Shown here: positions 1 to 12,700 of the stretch, piece after piece
Layout of the letters: every line of letters begins with the position of its first letter
Position numbering within the stretch: position 1 is the first letter of the stretch
Source of the DNA: Ascidiella aspersa
Taxonomy: Eukaryota
Length of the DNA stretch: 64,000 bases
NCBI GenBank assembly: GCA_963924565.1
Contig: OZ004615.1
Coordinates: forward strand, 6,634,001-6,698,000
Direction of reading: 5' to 3'
Position numbers and translations under genes: made by a program
Notes under the pieces: generated by a model
What the model was told of the DNA's origin: nothing
The model's input: only the letters and a program-made list of their open reading frames with translations
Database searches by the model: none

Positions 1-112
1 ATTTATCGGCACGACTTTTGTCATCCGCATTACAATATTTTTCATTCCCACAAGTGCGTACCATGCGACGGGTTAAAAAGCACTGATTTACAGTAATTAC
101 GTTTTATTTCAG

Positions 113-2422
113 TTTGCAGCCAACCGAATGACGTCATCATCAACGGCAAATATATACGTCACAAGTCGGAGTACCAGGTGGGCGAAAAGGTGAACGTGAC
201 CTGTGACAAAGGATACTGTGGAGACGCACAACTTACCTGCAATAAGACTGGACATTGGGAAGGAAAAACACCAAACTGCACAAAGCTGTGTAAGCGTTAG
301 CTACAGTGGCGAAAGTTAATCTCATAGTTTTAAGATCAACGAAATCATAAAGCCTAAAACGCACTAAAATACGCGACAGAATAAGCTGTTAATCGTGTGA
401 ATACGACTTAAACCTGTCGGAACACGGAATAAGCCCTAAATTCATCAGAATAAGACCAAAATGGTCAGAATCACAAAAGGTACAAAAAGGTATGGAACGA
501 TCAGGGGCCATGAATCTGGCATCGACCGTTTAGGTGTCCACGCTTGGGCGTCCTAGTTTAAAAGCCGTAAGGGCGCCGCTTTTTTGTCACCAGAATTTTT
601 TACCCTGTTTTCGGTTGTTTGTGGGTAATGGGTGGGGTTAAAAATGATTTAAGGTTGAAATCATTAGGGGAATTACTGATGTACTTAGGGGTGTTGGGGT
701 TAAGTAAAATGTTGCACATGCCTGATTCGGGCGATTTAGGTGTTATTCCGCCGGGTTTAGGATTTATTTCAAATTACACGTTATTACGACTATTAGGCAT
801 TAGTCTGATTTTGGTCTTATTCCGAACTGCGTTTTATTCCTACGTTTATGTTCTTATTTCGATCTTATGGCTTGAGTCCCCGGAATTAGGAAGAAACGAA
901 TACTGAGCGAAAATTTGGGGTTCGACGCACGCTTGGAGAATAACATAGGGGTTCGACAGGTTTGTCAAAATAAATTATTCTACTTTTTCCCCTGGATAGC
1001 TTTCACTTTTTAATAAACTTTATAGGAAAGTCAAGTGCTATGGTGCTACTGTGTAGTGTGTAATGTTTATCCCACTTGTTTAACCAAACTAAATCACAGT
1101 AAACAAAATGTGGCCGCCAATTTTTGTTTTGCCACAATACAGCCAAACAAGCGGTAATAAGCAAAGTCATAGAAACTAATGCGCAGCAGTTTTTAATCTT
1201 TGAACTTCGCTTCAGATCCAGAGTGCTTGAAAAACTTGAAGATCTATCACGTGAGCGCATTTCGAAGGTCGTGGAACGAATCGCGGAAATATCGTCAAGA
1301 GAGGGGAGGCGATCTTGCCACGTCATCATTAAGAGATCCGACAATTCGCAAGTACAGGTTGTCTGTGTCGTTAACAAGTCATTTTGAAACGACTCAAGTC
1401 CCAGTTAATCTATGTTTAAAATAACTGAAGCCAAGTCAAGGCTTTTTAAATAAATAACAAGTCAAGTACCAGTCAAGCCATAATTGGAACAAGTCAATTT
1501 CAACTAAAGTTCTTGTTATATGAGCAATTGATTATGGGCAACGCCTAAACTAAGATTAACAAACACGCAAAACATAGCAAGCAACTTTTTTGTGTGCAAA
1601 AATTGAGATAAATAACCCAATTTTATATTAAAAAAAGATGCTTAATGAAAACACTACATTTCAAGCAAAGTCAGTTGCCTAAAAAACTTAAGTTATCTAA
1701 AATACTTAAGTCAAGTCAAGTCATTTTGCCCAAACGACTTAAGCCAAGTCACGTCATTTAAATACCGTGGTTCAAGTGCAATTAAGTCAATCATTGACAA
1801 AAAGTCATTACACTGTCAATTATATGAGTTTCATCCGCTGTTATTGAACAACATCTGGCTACAATAGGCCGTTGTACGCAGAGTCTAACATTTGGTGGAA
1901 TCTCGGTTGATTGCCATATCTGCCTTATTCAAAACTGAAAAATAAAAAAGTACGAAGTAAAAGCGTAAGCGCACGTTATAAAACTGTTTGACCGGCTTCC
2001 GTTGAGATTTATATTCTATACACTTGTGCTCGTTCGAAAAAGATAACTTGACCAAGTAGCAAAAGGCCGAACGGGTTTAAGATGGTAGATAGACGAAATT
2101 CAAGTAATCGTAAAGAGAAACAAAGGAGCTATCATCAGTTTATCCTTGTTTCAGGTTCGTACTTGATAACTTTATCGAGCCACTCGGCGCGCATAACTAC
2201 TGGATCGGCTTAAGCGACACAAGACAAGAAGGAAGTTGGATTTGGATCGACGACATTCCATCTTCTCCGATTAATTCCGCATTCGTACGAGGAGAGCCGA
2301 ACAACCATTTAAACTCCGATTGCGCAGTTATGCATTCAGCGTATAGCTTCAATTTGTTGGATTTCAAATGCACCGAATTGATGCGACCCTTTTGTCAGAT
2401 AAAGTGTGTGTGCAATCAATGA
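113..2422 (+). CDS. 3' part of a Sushi/CCP-domain + C-type lectin domain protein gene (5' end outside window); exons 113-289, 1216-1351, 2155-2422
   Basis: Exon 113-289 (ttcag...gtaag, phase 1-1) encodes CSQPNDVIINGKYIRHKSEYQVGEKVNVTCDKGYCGDAQLTCNKTGHWEGKTPNCTKL, a CCP consensus. Exon 1216-1351 encodes the CTLD N-half (YHVSAFRRSWNESRKYRQERGGDLAT). Exon 2155-2422 encodes YWIGLSD...EGSWIW...GEPNN...DCAVM...CTELMRPFCQIK, with TGA at 2420-2422. Phases join 1/1 and 2/2. Confidence 0.85.
330..870. mobile_element. Diverged foldback-like element in the lectin gene intron
   Basis: gaataagaccaaaat (448-462) is the exact reverse complement of 808-822; further imperfect inverted similarity on both arms; boundaries approximate. 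Confidence 0.45.
1365..1815 (+). mobile_element. Older copy of the AAGTC-rich MITE family
   Basis: Shares aacaagtcattttgaaa..ctcaagtccc start, AAGTCAAGTC arrays and cattacactg-like end with 62118-62628; boundaries approximate. Confidence 0.65.
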
Positions 2423-5400
2423 ACGACCATAGGGATTTCCGATATTTAATTTAGTCGCTACCAAAAAATTATGCGAAAAGTACGACCATCCGATCCGACA
2501 CTTTTATCAATCACGGATGAGATCGAACAGTCAAAATTGATAAAACGTTCAGCGGTTATGTTATTTTACCTTATACAGCTAAGCATTGCTTCCACGTTAA
2601 GCAGGAAGTTACCTTCACAAGGTAATAATTTTAGAAAAAATGTTCTTTAGAAGGTTCAAACTCTATATTGGATCGCAAACCATGGCTAAATTACCTATAT
2701 TTGTTATCGTGTACCTAGGGCCTATAAGCCATCAACAGTGTTGGACGAGTATCAAAATTAACAGTTGGTATTCAGTATAGGAGTCGATAGAATAATCTCG
2801 GACATCTCTATTTAAAGTCCATGTATGTTGCACTGAATATGTGAATAATAGAAATCACCTTGACCCTTACAAGATTCATTCGAACTAAGATATACTGACG
2901 ATGCCTTGATTGGCGAAATATGTATATATATATATTTATATATATCTTTTAAGATCTGTTTATTGTGTCGGACCTGAATTGCTAGCTTTGCTAGAGTATT
3001 TTGCTGTTAAAGCCCCATGTATATCAGTTTCTTAGAAAACGATCTGTATTTTTATTTAATAATTTGCATCCGTTGCCAGACGAGACAAAATATGTATTGT
3101 TAAAAAAAAACATTTTACTTATTTTAAAAAGAAACCTACAATCTTCCAAGACTCATTGGAGATGTCGTAATACCTTTTTTTAAATATATATAGGCCTTAC
3201 AAAAAGATTTTTGGATGGCCCTCAGTTGAATAAAACTTCTATGCAAGACGTGTAAAGCTGATTTTCAAAACACGTTTTCTGTCAAAACTTGCTGTCTTAT
3301 TTATATTATTTCCGTTTTGGTATTTAGGGATTTTAATTTTTTAACGACGATATTGCATAAGGTAATTGTTTCTAAACAGTGTAACCAATTGTTACGTTGT
3401 GGTTTCACGTATGCCCGTAATTTATTTCTCTTTTATGGAACGCCTAAACAACTTCCAACCGCCAAATTTAGGATTTTTAAACGGACATAGTGTGTATGTT
3501 ACTCGATTAGGCATTACAACATTTTTTTTGTAAACCTATTGTAACCGTTATCCGATTCTACTTTGCCTTCTACTTCTGTATGGCGTTACGTTTGTTTTTT
3601 ATTCCATGTTTTTGACGTGAGGTTCGGTATGATTAGTAAATAACTGTCACGATTAAAAATCTTATTTGATCGAAGTGTCTAAAAAACAAGGCAGAACTAA
3701 AACGCCCGGTTGCAGCTGGAAACAACCTCATATATGATTTTTTATCAAATAGAAAACGATTTAGATATTATCGGTTACGGAACTTAAAAACGATATAGAA
3801 AGATCCCGATTTTAGCAGTGAGTATATTCATTATTCAGGCATGATGTCACAGAAATTCCTTATAGAGGAGGGTTTTAAACTGAGGTCCATGGACCCTTTG
3901 GGGTTCCGTAAACTATAGTTTAAGGGGATCGATAAACGTGTAATTTAAATATTAGCGTATATTTAAAAAGTAATAAATTTATTAAAGAAAACAGTTGCAT
4001 TTAAAATAAGACGTTTTTACACTGAATGTATTAAGCATCTATGGCACTTTCATATTTTGTGACCGAAATCAGCAGATATTTAAAGTCTATTTGTATTGTG
4101 ACGTCAATTTATGACGTCAATTTTTGAAAAACAAAACATGGAATTTAAGGAAGGTTTTTGTTGCCAGCAAGGACGCATCCATGATGACACGAGGTCATAG
4201 CTATAATATGTGAATGCAAAATTAACTGCGTAAGCCTACAAGTAAAACTTTACGCACTTGGCGCAAATCTGTGTTATCTTTTTTTTTTCTAAAAAATTTT
4301 TTTTTGGTAAATTAAAAAAAAACTTTGTCTTTCGCTGTATGTTTGATTGGGCGATATTTTATAGTCATAAAACCACTACTGCGTACGTCTACTAGTGTAT
4401 TTAATATGCCATCTGTCAACAGTCTTACTTCTTCTCTTTAGAACGTTCTCAAAAAGAACACATAGACTTACACATTTCGTCAAGCATTTATTGATATTAT
4501 GGAGCTTGTGATGTAGTTAATTAAACAGTGCTGACAATGCCCAGAGTAGTAGAGGTACAGGTTTAGTCTGACGTCTGTGCTGAATCAAGATCACTTTTTT
4601 CGTTGCTATATCTATCACAATTCGTCGACCAAACTGCTCTATGGCAAGGGTTCTAATACTTTTTTAACGCGGAACCCTAAAGTGAAATTGTTTATATGGA
4701 TCAGGGTTGGTATACGATTTTGCAGAGATAACGTCATAACACAGGTATACCTAAATGACCTGCTGTTTTGCGTAGAACTGATGAAAAATGTACATACTTT
4801 TAAGTAAACCGAGTTCAATTTGGCTTTTACTAACCCCTAACTATTCCACGCAAACAAAGGCCTATACTAAAAAAAAACTACGTGCCCATATGTGTTGTAT
4901 TCTATTTTCAAGGGTATCGCGAATGCATGTCGACAACTTTATCCAGCCGCCTGCCAATCCTCACTATACTGGATCTGCTTAAGAAACATAACGCTAGCAA
5001 TTCGCGCTTCCGCAGTTAATATGGCGCTTTCTTATTACCAAGTCGTATTTATATGTTTCGCAAACAATAGCGACTTCGTGCCCGTTTTGTAAACCGAATA
5101 TAAGATCCCGAAAAAACAAACAAAATTTTCACTATGTCAAATATGAACTAAATTCACCTCAATAACTGACGGTCGATTCATGGCTCTTTTTAAAGAGTAA
5201 ACTCGTAGGTATCACACTGTATGACTCACTTTTTGCAAGAAATTGCTTAAGGCCGAATATGACTGAATAGTAATATTCATATTAATATTAGTATCAAATC
5301 TCATAAACCTGTATGAATATGAATATTTTAATTTCTCAAAAATCTAATTAAGTTAGTTTGCTTTAAGTAAAGTGTAAAAAATTCTGATCGATATATTTTT

Positions 5401-5896
5401 CACTTTCGGAGATATTACACGCTAAAATTTCGCCGACCATCGAACGCTGAAAAATGTCGCGACAATACACTTAGCTTATTTATGTTTGGTTGTTTGTCTA
5501 TTTGCTAGGCAAAGGTTTTGGTCATTTGTTGACTTACTACCATATTCACTTTTTTATTTGACACATGGAACCCTTCAGGAACTTTCAGTAAGGTTAAAAA
5601 TAAAGTAAATTGTAGATTTAAGTCAAGCTACAAACGCAAAAGCGTATACTGTAGCATTCAGCTCATTACCTAACAGTCATGCAGGTTCAGTGCAGCATTA
5701 TTCGAGTCATATCACCTTACTTAATTGCTGCATCCTGTTTGTGCCTTTAACTTCATTGAAAGCAAAGCGTAGTTCCGAACGTAGCACATGCGCCATGCCT
5801 ATGGATAATGGATACCATGATCTGATGATACTGTATTTAAGTTTTACCAGTGCTCATCGCATTACCAAAGGCCATTTGCATTAATTGAGTCTAGAA

Positions 5897-6216
5897 CAGA
5901 AGTGGGCAAATATTTTTGACAGCGAGCCGCACAAGAAACTTGAAATTTCTTGGCCGGCCGTGTTAAATAAGGGTTCTCGAAAACACATAATACAACGTAC
6001 GTGTGTTTCATTTGAAAAGAATCTTTAAATAACCTTGTTTTGACAAGCTGGGAAATGTAGTTATAGGTGAGGATTTCCTACAAGGGTAATGTATTTAATA
6101 AAATAATATGAATTCAAGAAAAAACGTTAAGGCTCATTTTTGGTAAAACACTTTAAAGAAAATGAGCCGCTGGCCGGCCTTTATTGCTAAGCGAGGCGTA
6201 GTTTGTCCAGGGTCTA
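5897..6216. mobile_element. hAT-type MITE
   Basis: Starts cagaagtgggcaaa, ends tttgtccagggtcta; perfect 8-bp TSD GTCTAGAA at 5889-5896 and 6217-6224. Confidence 0.75.
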
Positions 6217-8549
6217 GTCTAGAACGTCCTACTGATGTTGTATATAAAAGCGATCCAAAGTTAATCCCAATATATTTCCCAACATAATTTCTTTCAGGCT
6301 TGACTTTTGTATCGGTAAAAGGTATAATTTGATGACACCCTATTATAACGTAATTTCTTGACGCCATGTTTGAAAAATGTCGCAAACAAATGCTCGCAAA
6401 CAAAAATGGCTCCTACGCCTTGTTTGATTTTCTTACTGTGAACCGTTTATCGTATTGCCATCATAGCTGCAATTTTAGTTTTGCTTTTAACTTGTATTTC
6501 ATTGTTTCTTGAATTGGTAAAAGGCCCACGGCAGAATGAAAGGACTACAACAATGATGGGTCAATAACTTATATCTCATATAGTATGTATTGCATGATTG
6601 ATTGTACGCGTTGCTAAACCTGCGCCTATGTACACATATTCAAACAACAATGTTGTGTGAATCAATGTTCTCTTATAGGTCAAACTTTAAAATTTTTTTT
6701 TTCAGGTCAAAATATATATATAATTAATCGTCCTACTTATAGTTATATAGTAGATTGGCATCGCACCTACCAATGTTATTATAGTAGATTGGCATCGCAC
6801 CTACCAATGTTTCTGTAAAAACTCCAAACTGTTGTACATAACTAGAAAAAGCTTGAATTGTAAATTAATTTGGACTTTTCATGTTTTGTCGAAAGTAAAT
6901 TAATTTGGACTTTTCATGTCTTCTTGTCGAAGCAACCGTCGTGAAATGGCTTCTCGACAGGCGTCCAAGTATTTTTTACCGTGTTAATGAATAACAAATT
7001 TCGTGGAACTATAATTTTAACTTTTCCTAAAATAAACGCAATTTAAATTTCCTAAAATTAGCGTCCCTAATCTGCAGCGCAATTAAACGTAAAACGAGAT
7101 GAATTGCAGCTGCTGATGATAAAATTAAATTGATCGTTAAGAACTAATCTAACAATCGAATATATAACCATGCTTTCAACGCTATAGCAAATGACGACCG
7201 AATAACCCGGAAACATTGCCTTTGCATGTATGTTTCAAATTTAGCAATGGAACTTGTAAAAATATAGCCGTGACATCATTTGGCACCGTATCGGAGTGCG
7301 TTTTTTTTGCCCAAAAAATTTGGTATATTTATCGAAAGAAAAGGCAACATATCGAACATCTTGATATTTTTTCACTCTGTTGTGTCTAAGACGTTACAAC
7401 GTGGTGTGTCGGATATAAAAATTGTTTTTTGGTTTGCCAAATAAATTGCTTTGGTATAGGAGTTATCGAAAAGGACAAAATATGAACGAAAAAAAAATAT
7501 GAACGAGCCAGTTGGAATGAGTTAATCATTGTCGTATAGTATTAAGAAATATACCTTGCAGCAAAGCAAACACTCAAAGCGCACTATGGTTAATATTTAG
7601 GTAATCGCCGAGCATGTAAGTTCGCGGTTAACACATAACCGGACAGATATTTTACTAGAATTTCATCCTTGTGCTGGTTTAGTTGCGAACGCTCGCGTAT
7701 TTCAACACCCTTTTTTTCGCAGCCCTGTAACGAACAACTTGGAAGTTTAAAAGCTGCCTTGCTACCCTTGAACACTTTAGTCATAAAAACATGGCTTGTG
7801 TAACTTTTCGAGAACCTTCAATATAGTGAGTTTGAAACACAAGCAAAGGTTGTTGAACATTGCGAAATGACTTTGGCAAACTTCTTGAATATTGCGAAAT
7901 GACTTTAGCAAACGACTGATTTTAGGTTTGGTTTGTTTAAAGATTAATTACCGGTCGTTGTCAATTTGTAGGCGAGTTTTTGTGAGCTGTTTTGAACCGT
8001 TAACGTATACGTATTTGTGTATAGACTGTAGATTGAGCAAAATATCGCCAAGGAAATGCAACGGACAGCGTAAACATACAAACATACAAAAACACAAATC
8101 GTGACATACGACATTGACATTTTAATCAAATCAACAATACTTATTGTTTTGTTCGGCATTCTTTGACCAGTTCTAATAAATACATCGTATTGAAAATTTA
8201 AAAGGTAGGAATATATAAAGCCCACCGACTAGAAGTTGGGACTGTAATACGTGGCTCGTGACATCAAAAACAGGGAGTTCATTTATTAGCTAAAAAACTT
8301 AAGGAAACTTAAACCTAGAATGCTGTCAGCAAAATAATATACCCTTAGTAAAGGCAATCAGGGTTATGCTAAAAAGGCAAAATATCAAAACAATTCTTTT
8401 AGACAGACTTACCACACTTTTAATCTGCGGCCCTTTATTGTTAAAACAGTTCGCGACCTTTTGTTTAACAGTAGTCTACTAAACAAAACAAAAATCATCT
8501 GCATATCGAAGTTAAGAAAAATAATACCGGTAGGCTACATTTATTTTAC

Positions 8550-8676
8550 ATAGAGAAATCAGGTGGCACTGTATAAAGACAAATTCAAAGTATAACCTGA
8601 TAAAGCACGGTTGTGCGAAAGCTTGTCGAGAATCAAATACAATTTGTCTTTATACAGTGCCACCTGATTTCTCTAT
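8550..8676. repeat. Perfect 36-bp inverted repeat with 55-nt spacer (probable mini-MITE)
   Basis: atagagaaatcaggtggcactgtataaagacaaatt (8550-8585) is the exact reverse complement of 8641-8676. Confidence 0.85.
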
Positions 8677-9746
8677 TTAGAATTAGGACAAATACGGCCA
8701 TATACAAAGATTTATTTTACAGTAACACTTTGTGTACAAGCCGTCTCGCAACCCCAAAACCTTATGGCAACCCTCAGTTTGGAAAGCTCAGGTTTAAAGC
8801 CTGTTGTATTGTTCTTAATTGCCAAACATTGCAACTGAGCCGTGAAATAAGCCTGTCCAAAGTCACTCATGAATAGTACCGAACATTGTCAATCTATGAA
8901 CTGAAACATTTACGTACATACAATGTATATTCTGTGATTAAGCCCTTCTGTCATATAATCCTGATTAGGCCAACTGATTTGACAAGCATTGCCAAAGGTA
9001 TCCGGTGTGTTGTAGTGTCTATTTTACGCTAGTTATTTTCAAAATACTGGACAGCAATTGAACAATGGATAAAGTTTGTACCGGGCGTTTTAGAAATCCC
9101 ACGCGACTGCAAATCGAATACTTTGGTTCGGCTACATGTTTAGCCGGCATATGCCCGTTCTGCACGTTTGTGTAACTAGACGAGAGCCTTCTTCATGTGT
9201 TTGTCAGTCAGCAGAATGAACAGCGTTGGTTCACTACAGTACAGACAACGTGTTGGCTGGTTGTCGGACCGAGTGCTGTTTAAAATACATGGCGTTTTTC
9301 TTTGGCTGCTTCGAGTTTCCTCTCGCTGCCTTATTCAGTGAAAATTTAATTAGGGTTAGACGTATTACAAGAACTCGTATAGTCTATTTACAAACGTAGA
9401 AAGGATTAAGCGCCCAGCTGAGCGACGAGACCGCAGGTAGCCGGTACTTTTCAGTTGGTGTTTTATTAACTGCAGTTTCCCGCAGTACAACAAGCAGCGG
9501 TTACACGCACAGCATTAGGCCAATTGCGGCGGTGCAGCTGTTGCTGGCACAGCCGTTCGCTTCCCGCTTCAATAAATCAAATTGTTAGTACCGGCAACTG
9601 AACGCACCACTGACAAAAATCGGTTTTAAGCGAGCGCACTGCCTGTGTGTCATCCGAGCAGCCGCATAGTCGCTTACTGAAATATCTCGGCTTTATTTTC
9701 AGGTGGTAGGAACAGGCCAAAAGCCGCTAGGTCATTTGCAGAAAGA

Positions 9747-12700
9747 ATGGAACTCTCGTGGAGGTATGCGTCTCAGCTCTACAAAACAGTGATCGACGAA
9801 CGCGTAGGTAAGGACTCGGTGGGAGATTTGACGGCGCTGAGTAACTTAAACACACTTGATATGCACTAAAACAACACGTGCCTAAATAGTCAGCAGTCGT
9901 AACCCGTGGAACCATTTTTAAGTCATTTAATTGCCTTTGTCCTTAACGTTAACCATCAGTTCAAGCACGTAATGTGTTTTTCGGTTGTGGAAATATCACT
10001 GGAAATAAAATGAGAATTTACAAAAACGCCCGACTGCAATTTACAACTGTTTAACCAAGCGATTTACTTACTACGGGGGTTCAATTGCCAGAGGCGCACA
10101 AATTCAGTATAGGTGAATATTATACACAGTTTAGAGTATTAGGCTCACTCAATGTGTGGCCGATCACGTGACGCCGATGTGGCAGACGCTGACTCACGCT
10201 TGTTCGACGTTTAAAAGTTCGCCGCCTGCGTTTTATTAGGCTTTCACACGACTTGAACCGGGTCCCGTAAAACGACAACGCCTATAGTGGGCGTTACGCT
10301 TGGCTGGGGGGCGACACCAGCAAAAACTTAGCCCAAATTTTGCAAAATTGCTTGGTTCGTCGGTTATTTAAGGCTTCCTAGTTATATCTCTCCGCCAATT
10401 TAGGCGACCCCGCCAAACTTGAAGCCTACACCTTTGTGTTCACCCTGCGTTACATTCGCTTCGGGTAACGTTTGGTTTTCCCTTTGTGACGTAATATACG
10501 CCGCGCGTTGCTATCCAGGCAATTTTGCTTCAGCTTTGGAAGGAAGGCATCATATCTCGTGTAAGTTACCGGGTGTGGTCCTGAATGCGAATGTACTACG
10601 TGGCGTGACCTCATATTGTCCCAAACTGTTGCATAGATAACGGGTTTTCAAGCGGAACGGGTAATAGGTCAACTATTTCTCGACCCATTTCCTACGTTCG
10701 CAAAACTGACTCAATGAAAAGCCATATTTTAGCCGCTTCAGACAATCGAATATAGTTTTGTTCGACACCTATGATATATTATGGTTTTCTTGACGATTAA
10801 GTAATTTGATGTGAAAGATAACACAGTTTGGTGTCACAGGGCGTTCTATTTAAACTTTAAAGGATTGATTTTCTGGCTAATAGACCCCTTAGGTTTAAAT
10901 CAGTGGATCCAATATCACAGTTTGCGTTCGACTTAAAGACATTTTCAACAACCGTGACCCATCATTGAAAATGTAGAGATGTTTTTGCTTTGATGTCTGT
11001 TATTTTATACTTCTTAATAAGGGTACGAAAAACAAACGCCGGCAAACTGAAGTCCAAAATTTTGAATAATGGAAATTACGAAACTATTTTGAGAACTAGT
11101 GTAATGTAATACTTTAGGTTCGTTTTTGTTGCTCTTGTCGCCAATGATTTGGACCAGGAGCGGCGAATCCGCTTCTCTCTACATAATCAGTTATATGCCC
11201 TTCCATTCATATTTCATTGTTGATATTTAAGGTGTAATGTACACTGTACAGTCTAACTCACTTCCACTTTGACAGTCGCACAAAATTAGCTTTTCTGTTG
11301 TTCGTGGCGCGGTTAACACGGAAAGTTTACCTCAAAAATAGGGCCCTTACATCCTGCGTATAAAAGTTGTATACTGTATTTACTTTGACTTTGCTTTCGA
11401 ATCAGAAAACATTTTAACACACCGATTTACGGAGCTAATATTTTGCTAAAAGATAGCTATACTGCGAGGTTGGACGAGTTAGGCTTGGCTTGCGAAACGC
11501 CTCGAATTCTGCGTGTAAAGACACCTCCACTTTTGGATTTCAAACTCTTACTAAAATCTTGTTCGTTTCCAACAGACCATCGGACACAGTCATGGCCGCT
11601 GGTCCACAGTCCATGGAATCCGATCGTTGCCGCGGTCGTGTACCTCTACTTCTGTCTGAACGTCAAAAAGATTACCGCCAAGATGCCGACCTACCAGATC
11701 CGACCGCTTCTGGTGGCATACAACGCCTTCATGGTACTGCTCTCCTGCTACATGACCTATGAGGTAAATTCTGCGAACTTTTTACTCTAACGGCAATGGC
11801 GCTCAACCTGTGCTATACACGTTTTAAACAAGACAATGTAAAAGTACTTGAGTTTGAGTCAATTTATTTGCGAAATCAATTAAATCCGAGTGAAGTATTT
11901 TTCCACAACAAGTCCCAGTCCAAGTCATCAGTTGCCCAAGTCAAGTCCCAGTTAAGTCATATAATAGCAAGCCAACATCAAGTCAATTCACTGAGATCAA
12001 ATATAACGATAAACCATTAAAATTGGTAAACTCGTCCGATTATGAGCTGAACTAAAAAAATAACAAAAACAACATGAAGAAAACTAGGGGTTTTAGGTAT
12101 AAAATTGAGATGAATATAACCAAATTTTATAATTAAATGTTAAATCAAAACACTTAATTTCAACGTCATTTGACTCAGAGACTTAACTCGAAGTCAAGTC
12201 GTTGGTTTAAAATACGTAAGACAAGTCAAGTCAAATCATTGTGCCAGTAAGACTAGAGTTAAGTCAAGGCACTTGGTAACAGTGTTTTAAGTGCGAGTCA
12301 TTATGCAAAAATTGTGGCATATTTATGTGCGTCGTATGTCAAAACCACTATACCGAATGTTTGTTTGTAGTTTTACGGCTGTGCAATCATGTCCAACTTC
12401 AACTGGCTTTGTCAAGGCGTCGAGTACACCCAAGAATATCTCCCGATGCGGGTGAGTCTGTTTTAGCTGCTTGTATTTCACGAACACGTACATTTTAAAG
12501 TTCGCTTTGTTGGCCAATGCAATTGACACATAGCTATAAGCGGCCACGAAGGCTATTTAGCAAACAGGCCCCCCGCCTGTTGGCCATACATTTTTAAAAT
12601 GTATGTTTGCGTATGTTCTTCACATGTTACAAACGTTTGACGAAAAGCCAAGACTACAGATCTCCAGATTATCATTTAAAAAAATCCTAATCCAGAACAA

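Noticed and set aside
619-906. 95-aa hydrophobic ORF
   Set aside because: Lies within an intronic repeat of the lectin gene, has a non-ATG start and no recognisable domain.
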